DNA of 64,000 bases from Pelomyxa schiedti (Eukaryota > Protista > Evosea). Where the stretch lies: assembly GCA_020536535.1 (NCBI GenBank), contig JAHLWZ010000791.1, positions 124,001-188,000 on the forward strand, written 5' to 3'. The translations under genes were made by a program, and so were the position numbers. This document shows, in pieces, positions 13,165 to 26,352 of the stretch (position 1 is the stretch's first letter; every line of letters begins with the position of its first letter). The notes below the pieces were generated by a model. It was given only the letters and a program-made list of their open reading frames with translations. It did no database searches and was not told the DNA's origin.

Positions 13165-16100
13165 ATGTTGGGATCTCTGTGTTTCCAAGAGCCGCTTTCT
13201 TTGGGATCTACTGAAACTGAATGGGACCTTGAAGGTGACAACAACCTTCGCTTTTCTGTTGCCATGACTTTTTTTTATTTTTCCCCTCAGGGAATGAATT
13301 GGGAATTGAGGCGGCTAAAACTGTTGCCGACACGCTACGGGCTTCTACGAGTTTAATAAAGATGAACCTTGTTGGTATTAATGAGTGTGCTTGTAAACTG
13401 CTATCTTACACACAAAAAAAATTTAGCAAACTTCCTTTCTGATCCTGGAGTCAAATTAATTGCAGACTCCCTTAAGACTAACACTAGTCTCACCTGCCTT
13501 TGTTTGGGAGGTAAGTTTTTTCCCACCTACCTCCCACGGCATTCAAACAAAACGTCATTCCTTCTCTATTGAGCATTCTTCTTCTTTTCTTCTTTCTTGT
13601 ATTACTGTTTATAAGAAAATCAAATTACTGATTCTGGTGCAAAGTCACTGGCTTCGGCTTTGAAGACAAACACAAATCTGTCTTTTTTATCTATTCCTGG
13701 TATGGTTGCAATAAATTTTTCCCTTTCTAATTTAGCATTTTAGATAATCCCATTGATGACAGTGGTGCCAAGTTCATTGCTGAAGCTCTTAAGATCAATA
13801 AAGTACTCACAATTTTGGATTTATCTGGTAATGGTTCTCGTCTCTTATCAACTATTCACTCTTATAGCAAACAAAATTGGTGATGGAGGTGCACGCAGCC
13901 TAGCTGAAGCTATTAGGACTAATGGAACTCTCACAACTCTAAAACTGAGAGGTTCTGACCAAAAGGAATTCTTCATTTGAACCTCACTTTTTTTCCCACC
14001 CATAACAGAGAATGAATTGGGAGACACCGCCGCAAAATCGCTCTCCGATGCCCTTAAAGCAAATACCTCACTTGAGACTCTTGAGTTAGCTGGTAAGAAA
14101 TCATTTTTATCCTGGTGATGTGGGGAGAAGAATACTAAGTTTTTATTTTTTATTTTTTTTACCAAGGTAATGCAATTGGGGCTGAAGGAGCAGCTCTCCT
14201 GGCTGAAGCACTGAAGGCAAATTCCTCACTAACTGTTTTCGATCTCGAATGTAATCCCATTATATTTAAAGTGATATCAACTTTCAAACAGACAATGCCG
14301 TTGGGGATAAAGGCGCTAAGGCAATTGCAGATGCGCTTAAAATTAATGCTGGAATCAAATCTCTGATTCTTGCTGGTTGTTTGACCCTGTAACAACTTTT
14401 TCTTACTTCTCATAGTTAATACAATAAGCGACCCTGGAGCAACTGCCATTGCGGAGGCACTTAAGTCAACTTCTAATTTAAATTTTCTTGATATCTCTGG
14501 TACCTTAAGCCAAGGAGTTTTCTTTTTTTGATTCTTTTTCAGGAAATTCCATTACTGACGATGGAGTAAAATACATATCAGAGGCACTTGTGTCAAACAG
14601 CAGCCTCACTATCTTAGAACTGGCCTGTATATTTCCTTGACTGATGTGACTATTTTACAGCTAATCATCCCAAGACAATCCTATTGGAGACGTAGGGGCC
14701 AATCATATGGCCAAAGCATTGGAAACAAATAATACTCTTACTAGTTTATCACTTGGATGTGTGTAGCTTCCTTCCAGCAGAGTTACTCTAATTCTCTAAA
14801 CTTCAGGGAATTCTGTGAGTACTAAAGGAGAAACAGCATTTGCAGATTCTCTAAAATTCAACAAAACACTGAAGACATTAAAGTTGAAAGGTGGGGATGT
14901 ATCTCAAAAGTATTGTGAAACCAATCATCTTTCTAGATACAATTCAACCAGTGTACAATGAAGCTGTGCAAGCAAACCAAGCACTTGCAAAACAAGTTCT
15001 GGAATCTTTTTCATTTGACACTTCGTGCAAGAATGGCAATTGTCGCGACGATCTTGCCGACAAAGTGTGCCGTTTTGCTAAGGGATCTGATGATGCCACG
15101 CTTGTGATAATATTAAACATGCTTCCAGAACACAAGTCACATTGGAGAATCAGTCGAAGGGCCGGATCTGCAGTTCCTTCAATTTCTTCTCCAACAGCAT
15201 CTCCAAGTGCAACATCACCTGCTGCACTATTTGACAACCCTCCACAAGTAATAACAGTTCTCAGCTCCTGCGTTGATCCTCTGATAGCAAATCTTCTGAT
15301 TGAAAAGAGAGGTGTATATATTGATAGGATGCAAGAATGGTACATTGAGGAACTACTCAGAGTTATCTTGGAGAAGTCACAACAGGAAGAGAGGTGGCAG
15401 TTGCTCATTCAAGTTGTTGTTAGACAGTGGGCAAGAGTTGGAAACTGGAACGCAGTGAAAACGGCTTGCCTTCATGCAGGAAGACAAATGAGGAAACTGG
15501 ATTTATCTTATCTTCGACTAAGGGCTCTGCCTCCTGATATTTGTAGTGTCTTAAGTGCTGTTCAATGTGCAAAACTTGATTTGACTGGCAATTTACTTGA
15601 AATGCTTCCAAGCTGCCTACATTCCATTGCACAAGTATCCGTTGACGGCAATCCACTTGGTAAAATTCCCGACTGTTTTCGGGGAGATTGGGATCAATTG
15701 AGCCTATTTTTGAAGTACAATGGAAAGCCAACGCTGTGGTACTACAAAAAATTACTGATGGTAGGAGAAGAGGGAACGGGCAAAACAACTCTTTTACGGT
15801 GCATTATCAGTCACAAAGGGAATACAGATATAAATAAGAACGTTTCAACTGACGGGATTGAAGTTCACAAATCCTTCTCGATGAAGAAGGCCAGTAAATA
15901 TATTTGGACTGCCTGGGATTTGGGTAGATAGTTCTCTTTTTCTTACATACATATCTCACCATGTTAGGTGGACAAGAGGTTTTATACCCATCACACCAGT
16001 TTTTCCTTCAATCAGGTGAGATATGTTCCGTTCTTTGTTCATGTGTAATCATGCTCAACAGAGTCATCATATCTGCTGGTGTTTAATATTGCTGCAGTCT

Positions 16101-19100
16101 CGCAAGAATTACAGCAAATGGGAGCCCTTATTCAAAGGAAGGCACCAGATCCACCCTCCTTCAGGAGGGTAGTGTACTGGTTAAAGCAGATAAAAGCATC
16201 ACAGAGAGTCAAGCTTGGAACCAATGCATCCCTCAACGCACATCACCACGCGATGATAGCTGTTGGTACCCACCTGGACCAAACTGAGAGCACAACAGTA
16301 GCAGCAAACACTTTGCAGTTTGTCTTGGAAAGACTTCTGGAAATGCCCGACTACCAGTTTGTGAACTGCGTTTTTGCAATTAGTTGTAAAACTGGAGAGG
16401 GATTATGCATGAGGCCATCGAACTCTGGTGAAGCCGAATTCACTACTTCCGGAGTTCCACGCATAGTGGAAGAGCTGGAAGAAATGGCAAGCAAGCACGA
16501 CATTCAAGTACCTGTGTCATGGGCAAACTTACACAACCATCTCACGAAGAAGCTCAAAGGACAACCAACCATCATGTGGAGTGAATTTACCACATACGCT
16601 CTAGACTTTGGAATTGGAAAAACCTCCATCTCACAAGGAAGTCAACTTGTACCTCTATTTGAGGAACTTGTTGACTGGGATGAGGTGGACATGTGCAGTG
16701 ACTTTTTAGCTGACACGGGTGCTATTATTCACTTCAGATTTGCAGATTCATTCAACTCACGTTCCTCTTCACGTGGGTCCTCTGCTAGCATCAGCAACAT
16801 TGGTAGCAGCACAATGCTATCTGTATCAAATCCAAAATTTCCTCCAGTAGAATCCTCTACAAGCCGCACTCGCGCAAATAGTAAAAACCTTAAAGATGTG
16901 GTTGTTTTGGAGCCACAGTGGCTGTCAGATGTTATGAGGTGTGTGATAACAGTTGGAGGAGGTGCACGCTGGTTGTCTTGTGGATTTATGGAACAACGCA
17001 ACCTGTGTCACATCTTCTCCAAATTTCCAGTGGAATTGCACAGAACTCTACTTGAACTCCTGCAGGTGTTTGAGATAGCTCACATTATGGCTGATGGTCG
17101 TGTGCTAATTCCTTGCCTACTTCCCCCTTCAAGTCCACTACATTCCCTTGATGGCGCAGGCGCGGATCTTTGGTGTCCATTTTCATCACCTCAGTTTGGG
17201 GTGCCAACTCCCGCATTATTGAATACGGCCGCTCTCTGTACACGAGAGTTCCAGTTCCCATTCATTCCATCTGGCTTTTTTTCGCGCTTAACCGTCAGAT
17301 TACTGGGAATACCTGGTGTGGTCCCCCAGTTAATGTGGAACTCTGGTGTTCTTTTATCAATTCAAGAGAACTTTCCTGGCACCCAGACAACAAAAGGAAA
17401 ACTTCCTAATGTTTTAATTGCATGTGGCGAACAGCAAAATTTACTCATTCAAATGTGTGCTGTTCAAAAAGGAAGGCAGTGTTCTATCGGAAACCTCACT
17501 TCTTCTGGAAGCAGTGGCACAATCAGTGGCTTTAACCTGCGGGATGATCTATGCAGTGTTTTTTCCATGCTTGTTAATGCCGTTATCGCTTTTGTTCGTA
17601 GCTGTTATCCCAAGATGTTCCCTGATATGTTTCAAGTGTTTCCCTGCCCATATTGCATGGCTGCACAACACATACAACAGTGCTCACAGTGCATCACCAA
17701 CCTTGGGGCCACAATGAAACCTGATTCTCCCTCTCAAATTCACGTGTTCTCTACACAAGAATGTGTTGTGGCTGTGAAATCACGTGATGGTATGCTTCAC
17801 TGCTCCTCCTCACGGCACACACTCGTACCTGTATCAATTGTATCTCCCGATATTGCTTTGACCCATCTTCCCATCCTCAACTCATCTGAGATTAACTTAA
17901 CCAATACGAACTTTGCACATGGAGGATTTGGACGTGTTATGAAAGGAGAGTGGAAAGGACAACTTGTTGCAGTGAAAGAACCTCATTCTCAAGATGGGCT
18001 TGCTGACTTTGTCTATGAAGCTGGTGTAATGAATATGTTACCTCGCCATGATAATTTAGTACGATTCTTCGGAGTTTGCTTGCAGCCGCAACTCCAGCTT
18101 GTAATGGAATTTGTTTCCCCAGTTACATGCTGTGGTACTCTATCCATGGATCTAAAGAAGCCAGACCTTCACACACTGCTAAACTTTATGATGGCAAAAG
18201 CCCAGGCAACTGTAGAGCGGGCAACAAGTTGCCAAGAGGACTCTGGGGAGAGTTCACAAAGCAGACAGGAAGTTATGCACGAAAAAATGTGCCTATACTT
18301 AAATGAAGTCTTCCCAATGGAACTGAGGAAGAAAATTGTCCACGACATGGTTTGTGGCCTTAACCATTTACACAGCCAAAGCCCTCCACTCGTACATAGC
18401 GACTTACATTGCGGTTTGCTCTTCCCCTCGTTTTCATTTGACTAAGTCCAACCAGGCAATATTTTTGTATGCAGTTTAGATCCTCAGGGTCCTGGTCCGT
18501 GGGCTAAGGTGAAGAAGGAACATCATTCTTAGATTACCAACATATTCAGATTTCCGATTTCGGACTTTCTGAGTTCTTATTTTCTGGTACTGCAATGGAT
18601 GAAAGACTTGAAGTGAATGTTTTTGCTCCAGAGGTTCTCCGAGGTGCCAAACATGACACAAAGGCTGACGTGTGGAGCCTTGGTACCTATATGTATTAGA
18701 TGCTTTTTTTTTTCACTTCTTTCAGGGATGCTTGTTCGGCACATTATCGACCCCTTTACGTCAGCATTTTATGCTCTTTTTTCCAATCCCCTTTATGCCA
18801 AGGCAGTTCTACGTACAGATAGTTCTGGACACATGTTCACTCACCATGAACTGAATCAACATGCAGTGAAGGATTCTTTAATGTTGGGTAAGCCCGAGGC
18901 ACTACCACAACCTCCTCCCCTTGGACCACTTTGCCCAAAATGGGCACATGACCTGATGTCCTTCTGTTGGGTCCGTTCACAAGAGCGCCCGTCATGCTCG
19001 CAGCTTATCAATTGGTTAGAGGGGTATGAGACTCTCGCCTTTATCATAAAAACGCACTCTCTAAGTTGTTTCATAGACCTGGAATGATGCCCCCATTAGT

Positions 19101-21279
19101 AATTCATTCAGAGGTTCCTTGCACAACTATAAATGTGAGTCCACTGGAAGATGCTACCACAGAAAAAACTGTTTCGAAGGATCAACAGCGGTACAGAGTG
19201 ACCACAATGTGCTGGGTTAGTGGATGTTTATGGTGCGGAAGTTTAGATGGTACAATCACAACTGTGGTGCATTGCAGTAAGCCTAAAGCCACACCACCGA
19301 ATTCATCCTCTTTGCTACCAGAGCCTAATGAGCACTATTGCTTTGAAACAAACAAGTGGAGAGCACATACTTGCACAAAACCTGGGATAGCTAGCCTTGT
19401 GTACTGCCAGAAGCCTGGTGTTGTAATCAGTGCTACAGAAAGTGGAGAATTGAAATTATGGCTTCCCAAACTCGGCTCCAAGCAATCAATATCTATGACA
19501 ATGAGGTCACGCCGAAGTGCTCCCCCAACAGCCCTTGTCATGCCAAATCCAGTATGTACCATTCAGAATCTGGCTGTGGGGGGAATGCCAGATCACACTT
19601 CAACCGTCATTTCCGATCCCCACAGGCAAATCGGAATTAGATGCATGGTGTGTGTTTCTGGTGGCACTCGTGTGTGGTCTGGTGATGGACACGGTACCAT
19701 TAAAGTCTGGGAGTGCACATCAACATATCTCATTCCAAGAGCAATTTTTTCTGTCTCAGAATGCAGCAAAGCTTATAACGATACGTTGTCATTGCCAAAC
19801 TCGCTTTTACCAAGTGGTAACATCTTGTCTATGTCAGTACTTCCTGTTGTACCCCATACGACTTCCCCAGAATTGGTATTTGTGTGTTCCAAGCGAGGGC
19901 CCATTGCAGTTTTCAGTGATACAGGCAGTGAGCAGGTTCCGGCAGTTGTTGAACTTCTCCATCACCCTAATGTTGACCTCACCAATGACGCCTTGATGTG
20001 CGTTTCTTCGTGTATAATATGCCAAGACACATCCCACTTAGCAGAACCAAAAGTAATATCACCAAGCCAGGCAATGGCAAAATCTGGTATTTTTACACCA
20101 GGTGCAGGGACTCCTCCGATTACACTATCAGATGGAGCACAACCTTCAGCAGCACCTAAATCGCCAACAGAAATCAAGGTAACACCACCTAGAGAGGGAA
20201 ATTCCGCAGCCCCGGAATCTCCATTCTTGAGCTCTTCATCAGGGTCTGGGCCACTCAAACCACCATCACCACGCCCGACACCGATACAAAATCTCACGAA
20301 ACTTGTGTGCACTCACGTTTCACGGCCTCCATTAGTTGTTGGCGGTGTGTGGGTGGCAGCCACCAGCGGGACAGTGGCATCTTGGGATATTGTGTATAAC
20401 CCTCCAGTCAACCAAACTGCTTCAAGGCGGCAACACAGTTTATCCTTTTCTTCTACTGGCGGTGTTCTAGCGGCCTCTTCATCTTTTGGGGTCTCATATG
20501 GTGCTGCGACGTTAACCCAGACACCCTCAACCGCAGCACCACGCGCATTTACCTTCGTCCCCAAGCGATTTTTCAGCAAAGCCCACGGCACATTCCCCAA
20601 CGCCATGGTGTCTTCCTGCGTTTCCTCAATTCCCATCACGAACTCTTCCGGTTCCAATCCGAACCCACCAACAGCCACTTCGCATCATCCCACAGCCTCG
20701 TCATCCCTCGCCACAGCCACAGCCACAGCCACTCTCAGTGTGCAAGTATCAATACCTCCTCGCTCCTCAACCCCAACCTCAGAAGCTTCTTCTTCTACTT
20801 CTTCTCCATCACAGCCAACTCCCCTCACACCGGCTCCAACACACCACCACGTTATAGTTAGTGCCTCCCAAGATGGTGTTGTAATCATCTGGGATGCCCA
20901 ATCACACACACAACTCTGCAAACTGGACAGCCCCAACCACTGCGCCGTAAACGCCCTCTCAGCAAGGCCTGTACTTTCACACCTTCCCCAATCCTCCTAC
21001 TCACCATCAACCACTCCTACTAATAATAGTCCCACGCCAACAACCACAACCACAACCACAACAACAGCAACAGCAACAGGAAGCACAACCAGCACACCCA
21101 CAATTACAACTACAGCCCCGCCATCACTCAGCACACCGCCGCTGTCACAGGCCAGCATGGCTCCTTCGGGATTGTGGGAAATTGATGAACAGGCATCAGT
21201 ACTGCCTTCAGATGGAATGGGCGTTGTTATGGCTGCGAGTGTGCCTCATGAGTCTTGTGTAACTTTTTGGTGTCTCTAG
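13165..21279 (+). CDS. Roco family protein: RI-like LRRs, Roc GTPase, COR, TKL kinase, WD40-like C-terminus
   Basis: 28-aa LRRs (e.g. NKIGDGGARSLAEAIRTNGTLTTLKLR); Roc motifs 'KLLMVGEEGTGKTTL', 'STDGIEV', 'WDLG|GQEVLYPSHQFFL', 'VGTHLD'; COR motifs 'VVLEPQWL', 'FIPSGFFSRL'; kinase motifs 'GGFGRV', 'VAVK', 'HSDLHCGN', 'DFGLS', 'APE', 'DVWSLG'; WD-like strands 'VWSGDGHGTIKVW', 'VSASQDGVVIIWD'. Confidence 0.93.
13291..14890 (+). repeat. Array of twelve 84-nt phase-1 exons, each encoding one 28-aa LRR
   Basis: Exons 13291-13374, 13427-13510, 13616-13699, 13744-13827, 13868-13951, 14009-14092, 14167-14250, 14292-14375, 14416-14499, 14543-14626, 14675-14758, 14807-14890; each is flanked by AG and GT. 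Confidence 0.92.
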
Positions 21280-21337
21280 GCATCAACACTTAAAAGCAGA
21301 AATGACTTGTATTTATTTTTGCTGTTTGTCTGTTGAG

Positions 21338-22059
21338 TTACAGAGTAGACATAAACGAAGCAATTTGACGGGCTTTTGAGGCTCCAATAGCTTCTACCAG
21401 AGAGAAAAATGGTGTGGATGCCAATTCCTGCAGAGTGGTTACGCCTAAGCCTTCAAGAGGTTCCAGTAGGCCAACCAACTGCAACGCCTCCTTGATGTGC
21501 ACAGAAGGGCAAGGCTCATCTGTGCAAGTGGGTGATGTAGCTGCCTCATTTAGAACTCGGTGAATTATTCCCATGGCCTTTGGGTTTGTAAGATAGGGTA
21601 GTTGCCTTAGTAAGTTTACTTTGTCCATTTTTTTCCCGCATGGTATTAGTGTATTGCACACAGAGGAGCATTCAGCCTGGAATCGCAAGTAATCCGTAAG
21701 GCCGGTTTTGGTAGTTGAATCAACTGCAACAAGGGCCCAGCACCGAACGTTATCCTGCCTTTCAGAAAACATTTGTTCTAGACGAGAGAGGCATGAGCGT
21801 GAAATTGGAAGGATATCCACTATCAGGAACATGAACGCGGCGCTCCTTCGGTCTTTGGAATTGCATGTGAACATAAAATCCCAGCAAGAGTCGCTGTTCT
21901 GAACTGTTTTTGTTCTTTTGAGAGGCTCTCGATGTGGGGAAGAAAGAAGTTGCTAATTAATACATGGGACAAACCTCTTATCTGGTATTCAAGGGAGATA
22001 AGGCGCGTAACAGGGTGATGAAGAACACGTGAATTGACTTCGAATCTGCTTGTGGCCAT
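21338..22059 (-). CDS. Non-catalytic ERCC1/XPF-fold protein with C-terminal HhH; SPO16/PARTING DANCERS-like (FAAP24-like is the alternative)
   Basis: Two exons: 'MATSRFEVNSRVLHHPVTRLISLEYQIR|VQNSDSCWDFMF...AAFMFLIVD...NTLIPCGKKMDKVNLLRQL'; tail 'TTLQELASTPFFSLVEAIGASKARQIASF' is HhH2-like. Confidence 0.6.
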
Positions 22060-22719
22060 AGACCCTACTATTTTGGTGCTGTTTGTTTTGTTCGGTTGTC
22101 ATTGGGTGTCATTGAATTTTTTTTGCAATGTTTGGCAGGTAACTAATGCCAAAGGAGACGTTTAAGCAGCAATGGAACTGGATATTTTTCGGCAGCACAT
22201 GTGATCATGACATGGACCGAACTCAATCAGATTCAAAACTGCCTTGATCAGGCAGTTTAGACCATGTTCATGGAATTTGAGGCTGATCCCTCGATGAAGA
22301 ATGGGCCTGAGATCATAGCGAAAATCAAGTACTGGACGACAAGCAACCAAAACCACTAACGGGAAAAACATGTAGCCACCAGGAGCCACCAAAGTTTGCC
22401 CATACACCATACTTTCATGTATGCGAGGCCGCTTCTCATGCACAATTCATTTCTCAAAAGAAGGTACATTTCACGCAGGCCGTACGTGAGCAGATGCCCC
22501 CATTAAAGAGCAACCTCCTTGCGCTTGGCGAACCAGACTCGATCCACTGCCCCAGACAACGATGATACTCCAATGACGAGCTCAGGCTGCATTGCCTCTT
22601 CCACTTGATCACATTTTGCGTCCGAGCCACCAACGACTCCATTACCGATAGGAGACGACCCTCCCTCGTTTTGCAAAAAAAAAAAAAAAAGACACTTTTT
22701 TTTTCCCAAACGACGAAAA

Positions 22720-25247
22720 ATGAGCTGCGCTCTGCGATGTCTGTGGGTCTTTCACGACTCCGCGACGATGCCGTTGGATAACAACTGCCAGCCGCCACCC
22801 AGCCCGCTTCGCACCCCGCCGTCCGAGGGGACCTCGGGATCCCCAGGCGCCACACCAGGCGACGCACTACCGCCAGCCACAGAAACCACTGCTGCTGCTG
22901 CCGCTGCCGCAGCGGCGGCGGCGTCGGCGTCGGTTCCTTGCGAGACGCCTTCTCCTTCTTCTACGACGAGTGGTGCCGCCTCGCCACCTGGCACGTCGTC
23001 GTCGTCTGTGTTATCCTCGCTGTCTTCTCTCTTGAGCGCAGGCAAATCTACTCAGGCTGCTACTGGGACGTCGTCGTCTTCTTCTTCTTCGTCTTCGTCG
23101 TCACAAGCCCCTCCCATAATGGTGACGAGTGCTGCCGAGAGTTCTATCTACGGGAGGTAAAACTGTTCGTTCACTCCTAACTGAATAAATACGCGATGTG
23201 AAATGTATGTATGTAACATGCATTTGCGGAAAAGACGGTTCGGAACTGTAGAGGCACGTGTGCGTGCCGCACAAGGAGTCCAGTACTCTCCTATACCTCC
23301 TGATTCTGTTTTTATCCCGTTCTTCATTGCCCATGTTCGCGCATCGTTGAAGGACAGTTGCTGTGAGTACACCTCTTTTCGCACCCATTCGGAGTGTGTG
23401 TGTGAAGCAAACCACCACGTGTTGGATATAACAAAGCTCAATTCCCTATGGCCTGTTGTTTGGATAAAACGGGTGAGTTGATGACAAAACCGAAATTTTT
23501 ATGAACTTTGAAACAGATGGGACTGTTCTTTGTGGGAATTCCAGAAATACCCAGCTATAATGGAACTATATCATCACGCCCTTCCTTGCTCTCGCTGTGT
23601 GTTTCTGTTAAATGCCTATACCAACAACTCTGACATTAACACAAGCACAGTCCATGTGTAACATCCACCATTTCTGTATTACTTGATATATTCCAGTTTG
23701 TCACTCCATTCCATCCTCATTTTGTATTCTCTCCTCTCTTTTAAATATAATTTAGATAGTTCCCATCCATTTTTGACAATAGGTTTTCCATGTTTTAATA
23801 CCATATTTTTCAGAAGCCAGCACAGATTGGGGAATTGAATGCCTATATAAGTCACACACTCCCATTTGGACATCCAGCATCAACAACTAACCCTGAAATC
23901 TCCCGTGCAATAATGAAATCCGGGTTTCCTTCCTCAACCGTAGTTCCTTCTGTTATGCAACCAAGGGTACCACATCCTCGTTCGGGAAGACAAAATTTGA
24001 CCCCACACTAGAGACCTGGGTGGAAACCAGTGGTAGCCAAATCCGCCAAGAATCAAGCCAATTTCACTATCCGAGAAACTTTCCATGCCGCACAGTACGA
24101 TAACAATGATATACCAGACACGTGGGCCGTGTCTGGTGCAATTATCTGTAAGGTATTGTCACCTTCGTACTCTCAGTTCCTGAATGCCTTTCCAGGCCGA
24201 TATTGAAGGCACTTCAGAGCTTTCAGTACAATTTGGCAATTCCTCAAATGATCCAACCCCAACTCGTATTGCACATCCCGGTAACTTATGTTCACATTCA
24301 AATCAGAAATATCCAGCCTCAGTTGGAATTACTCAGTTGCTCAATCAGGAGTCTCTGTGAGCTCAGGGGGTGACATTTCAACGCAGCTTGTTGGGAACAA
24401 AATCTCTTTTGTTCCACCAACACAGCAGTTTGTGTTAGCGTCATATACAACACAGAAACCAAATTTCATCCCTATCCGCGGTTTCTATCAAATGAAGGTT
24501 GGCTCTATTTGAAAAGTGGCAATTGACATTCCAAAGGAAGATAGTCCAACAGAAGTAACTATTCTGCTGCAGTTGAAAATTGACAAGTTTGTCAATAACG
24601 CATTCCATTATTGTGAAGTACACCTCCCGTTTAAAAATCGGGGAACAATAGCATCACATCAGTCAACACCCACCATTGGCTCTGTAGTTCTGTCTCCTGA
24701 CCAGCGCACACTTGTTTGGAATATAGGTATTTCATTTTTCTTAATTTCACCTCTTGTCAAAAATGTTTACTTTTTCAGGAACTAAATTTACCACATCCAA
24801 TCTTGAAGCAGCCCTCCCCTCTTCGATCACGTTCAATGCAAAACCACCTACCAATTCGCGAGCTCCTCTTCCTCCCATGGAGACAGCATTCTCCACTGAC
24901 ACCACCAATCACACCCTCGGGTATGGCAACTATGAACCACTGGACTGGGGTGAAGGGGACTTGGACCCCCTCTGCACTGGACAAACATGCTACGCCAAGG
25001 TTGGTTCTTCTTTTCTCTCCCGCCCGGTTTTTTTGGAAGCAGCCACTCACCCCCTTGCCCGCAGATAAGGTTCAAAATCAAAGAGTGGAACGTGACCGGG
25101 CTTTCGGTGCAGAAAGTAATTGCCGTCACACCCTCCCCCAAAAAGGTCAAGTCCAACGTGGAACGGGAGTGCGTCACAGGCACATACATTATATGGAATT
25201 CGGCACAGGGAGCAAGGTGGGCTGTACAACCAGCTTTGACAGAGTGA
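22720..25247 (+). CDS. AP5M1: AP-5 adaptor complex mu subunit
   Basis: 'MSCALRCLWV', 'RRFGTVEARVR...YSPIPPD', 'LWPVV'; mu-homology domain 'IRETFHAAQYD..IPDTWAVSGAIICK', 'PIRGFYQMK', 'YCEVHLPFKNRG', 'GTYIIWNS'. Ser/Ala-rich insert in exon 1. Confidence 0.88.
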
Positions 25248-25447
25248 GGAAATGGTGGGAACTTAAAAAAAAATAAAGCTGGCTTTGTTTTGAATTACTT
25301 TTCTTTTTTTTTATGCTTTTTTGTTCTTGTATTTTGTTTTGTGGGTTTTTTTGTTGTTGTTGGGAGAGTGTGCATGTCGACAAGGCGAACGAGGTTTACA
25401 TTACAACTGTATTCTGCCAGGAAGCCAGTGTACTGTATTCAAAGTGT

Positions 25448-25834
25448 TTACGTTCTGGAGGCCTCGGTATCATCAGGGATACTTCTCAGATACAAAACAT
25501 TGTTGCACCTGCGGGGAATTAAATTTAAAAACCGAAGCTCAACAACTTGTGTTCGTAATAATAACATAACGAAGTAATGAAAGTTGTTTAGTGATAGTAC
25601 GTGTTTTAAGTAACAAGGAAAACGTCCGGGTTGATAAATATACCTTATCAAAACTTCACCGAGCTTTCCAGTGAATGCTCCGTCGATATACTCTTCGGTA
25701 TTCTGAAGCTGTAGGTTCATGTAGTTGTCCACCGCAACAAGTACTCCTTTGTACTCCATGCCCCATTTGAGTTTCACAACCACGTCTTTACCAGTGAGAT
25801 CGTTGAGGAAAGGTTTCGGGTTGACCGGTACCAT
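25448..25834 (-). CDS. SNRPF: Small nuclear ribonucleoprotein F (SmF), 2 exons
   Basis: '[50 protein letters not shown]...LGEVLIR|CNNVLYLR'. Confidence 0.97.
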   Translation of the reverse strand: MVPVNPKPFLNDLTGKDVVVKLKWGMEYKGVLVAVDNYMNLQLQNTEEYIDGAFTGKLGEVLIRYIYQPGRFPCYLKHVLSLNNFHYFVMLLLRTQVVELRFLNLIPRRCNNVLYLRSIPDDTEASRT

Positions 25835-26352
25835 TGCCTGTGTAAATAGGTTGAGACTTGTCGTCGGCGTCGTAGTTTGTGGTTGTTTAGAACGTCCCTT
25901 TGGTGAAGGTACACAAGATGCACGCAACGGGTCTCACTTTACTTGGTTTTTATTTGATTTGAAATGAATGGCATAATAATTATGCAATTTCTACAAGACG
26001 GCGCAGGGGAGTGCTGTCATACCATTTTTGTCTTGTCTTATTGCTTGTTGAGTGATACCGCCCCCTTGTTGCCTCGCACCACTTCTTCCAATTGATCTGC
26101 AACTGCAAATTTTTTGCTTTTTCTTTCCCCAGTCTCTCAATCGACACATTCCTTTGCTCTCTGTACCTCAAACCATTCACAACAACCACCCACAGTAAGG
26201 CTACTTCCAGTACTCTTGGGAAGCAAGTAGATACCTATCTCTATGCTCGTTGTTTGGTACCAACTTGCCCTTCGAAGAAAGTGAAACAACGGGGTGAGGG
26301 GAAAAAGAGGTTTAATTTTAAGTGCAACCCGGGTAAACTGTAACTTCAAGTC

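Noticed and set aside
12761-13165. Head-to-head gene pairs (also LSM14/ATG13, discoidin/GTPase) as co-regulated units
   Set aside because: Expected in a compact genome; no shared motif or function is evident.
22162-22643. Possible small minus-strand gene between the PTD-like gene and AP5M1
   Set aside because: No recognisable motif and no convincing splice model; cannot be supported.
25980-26349. Short ORFs between SmF and LSM14
   Set aside because: No homology signal; likely UTR or promoter sequence.
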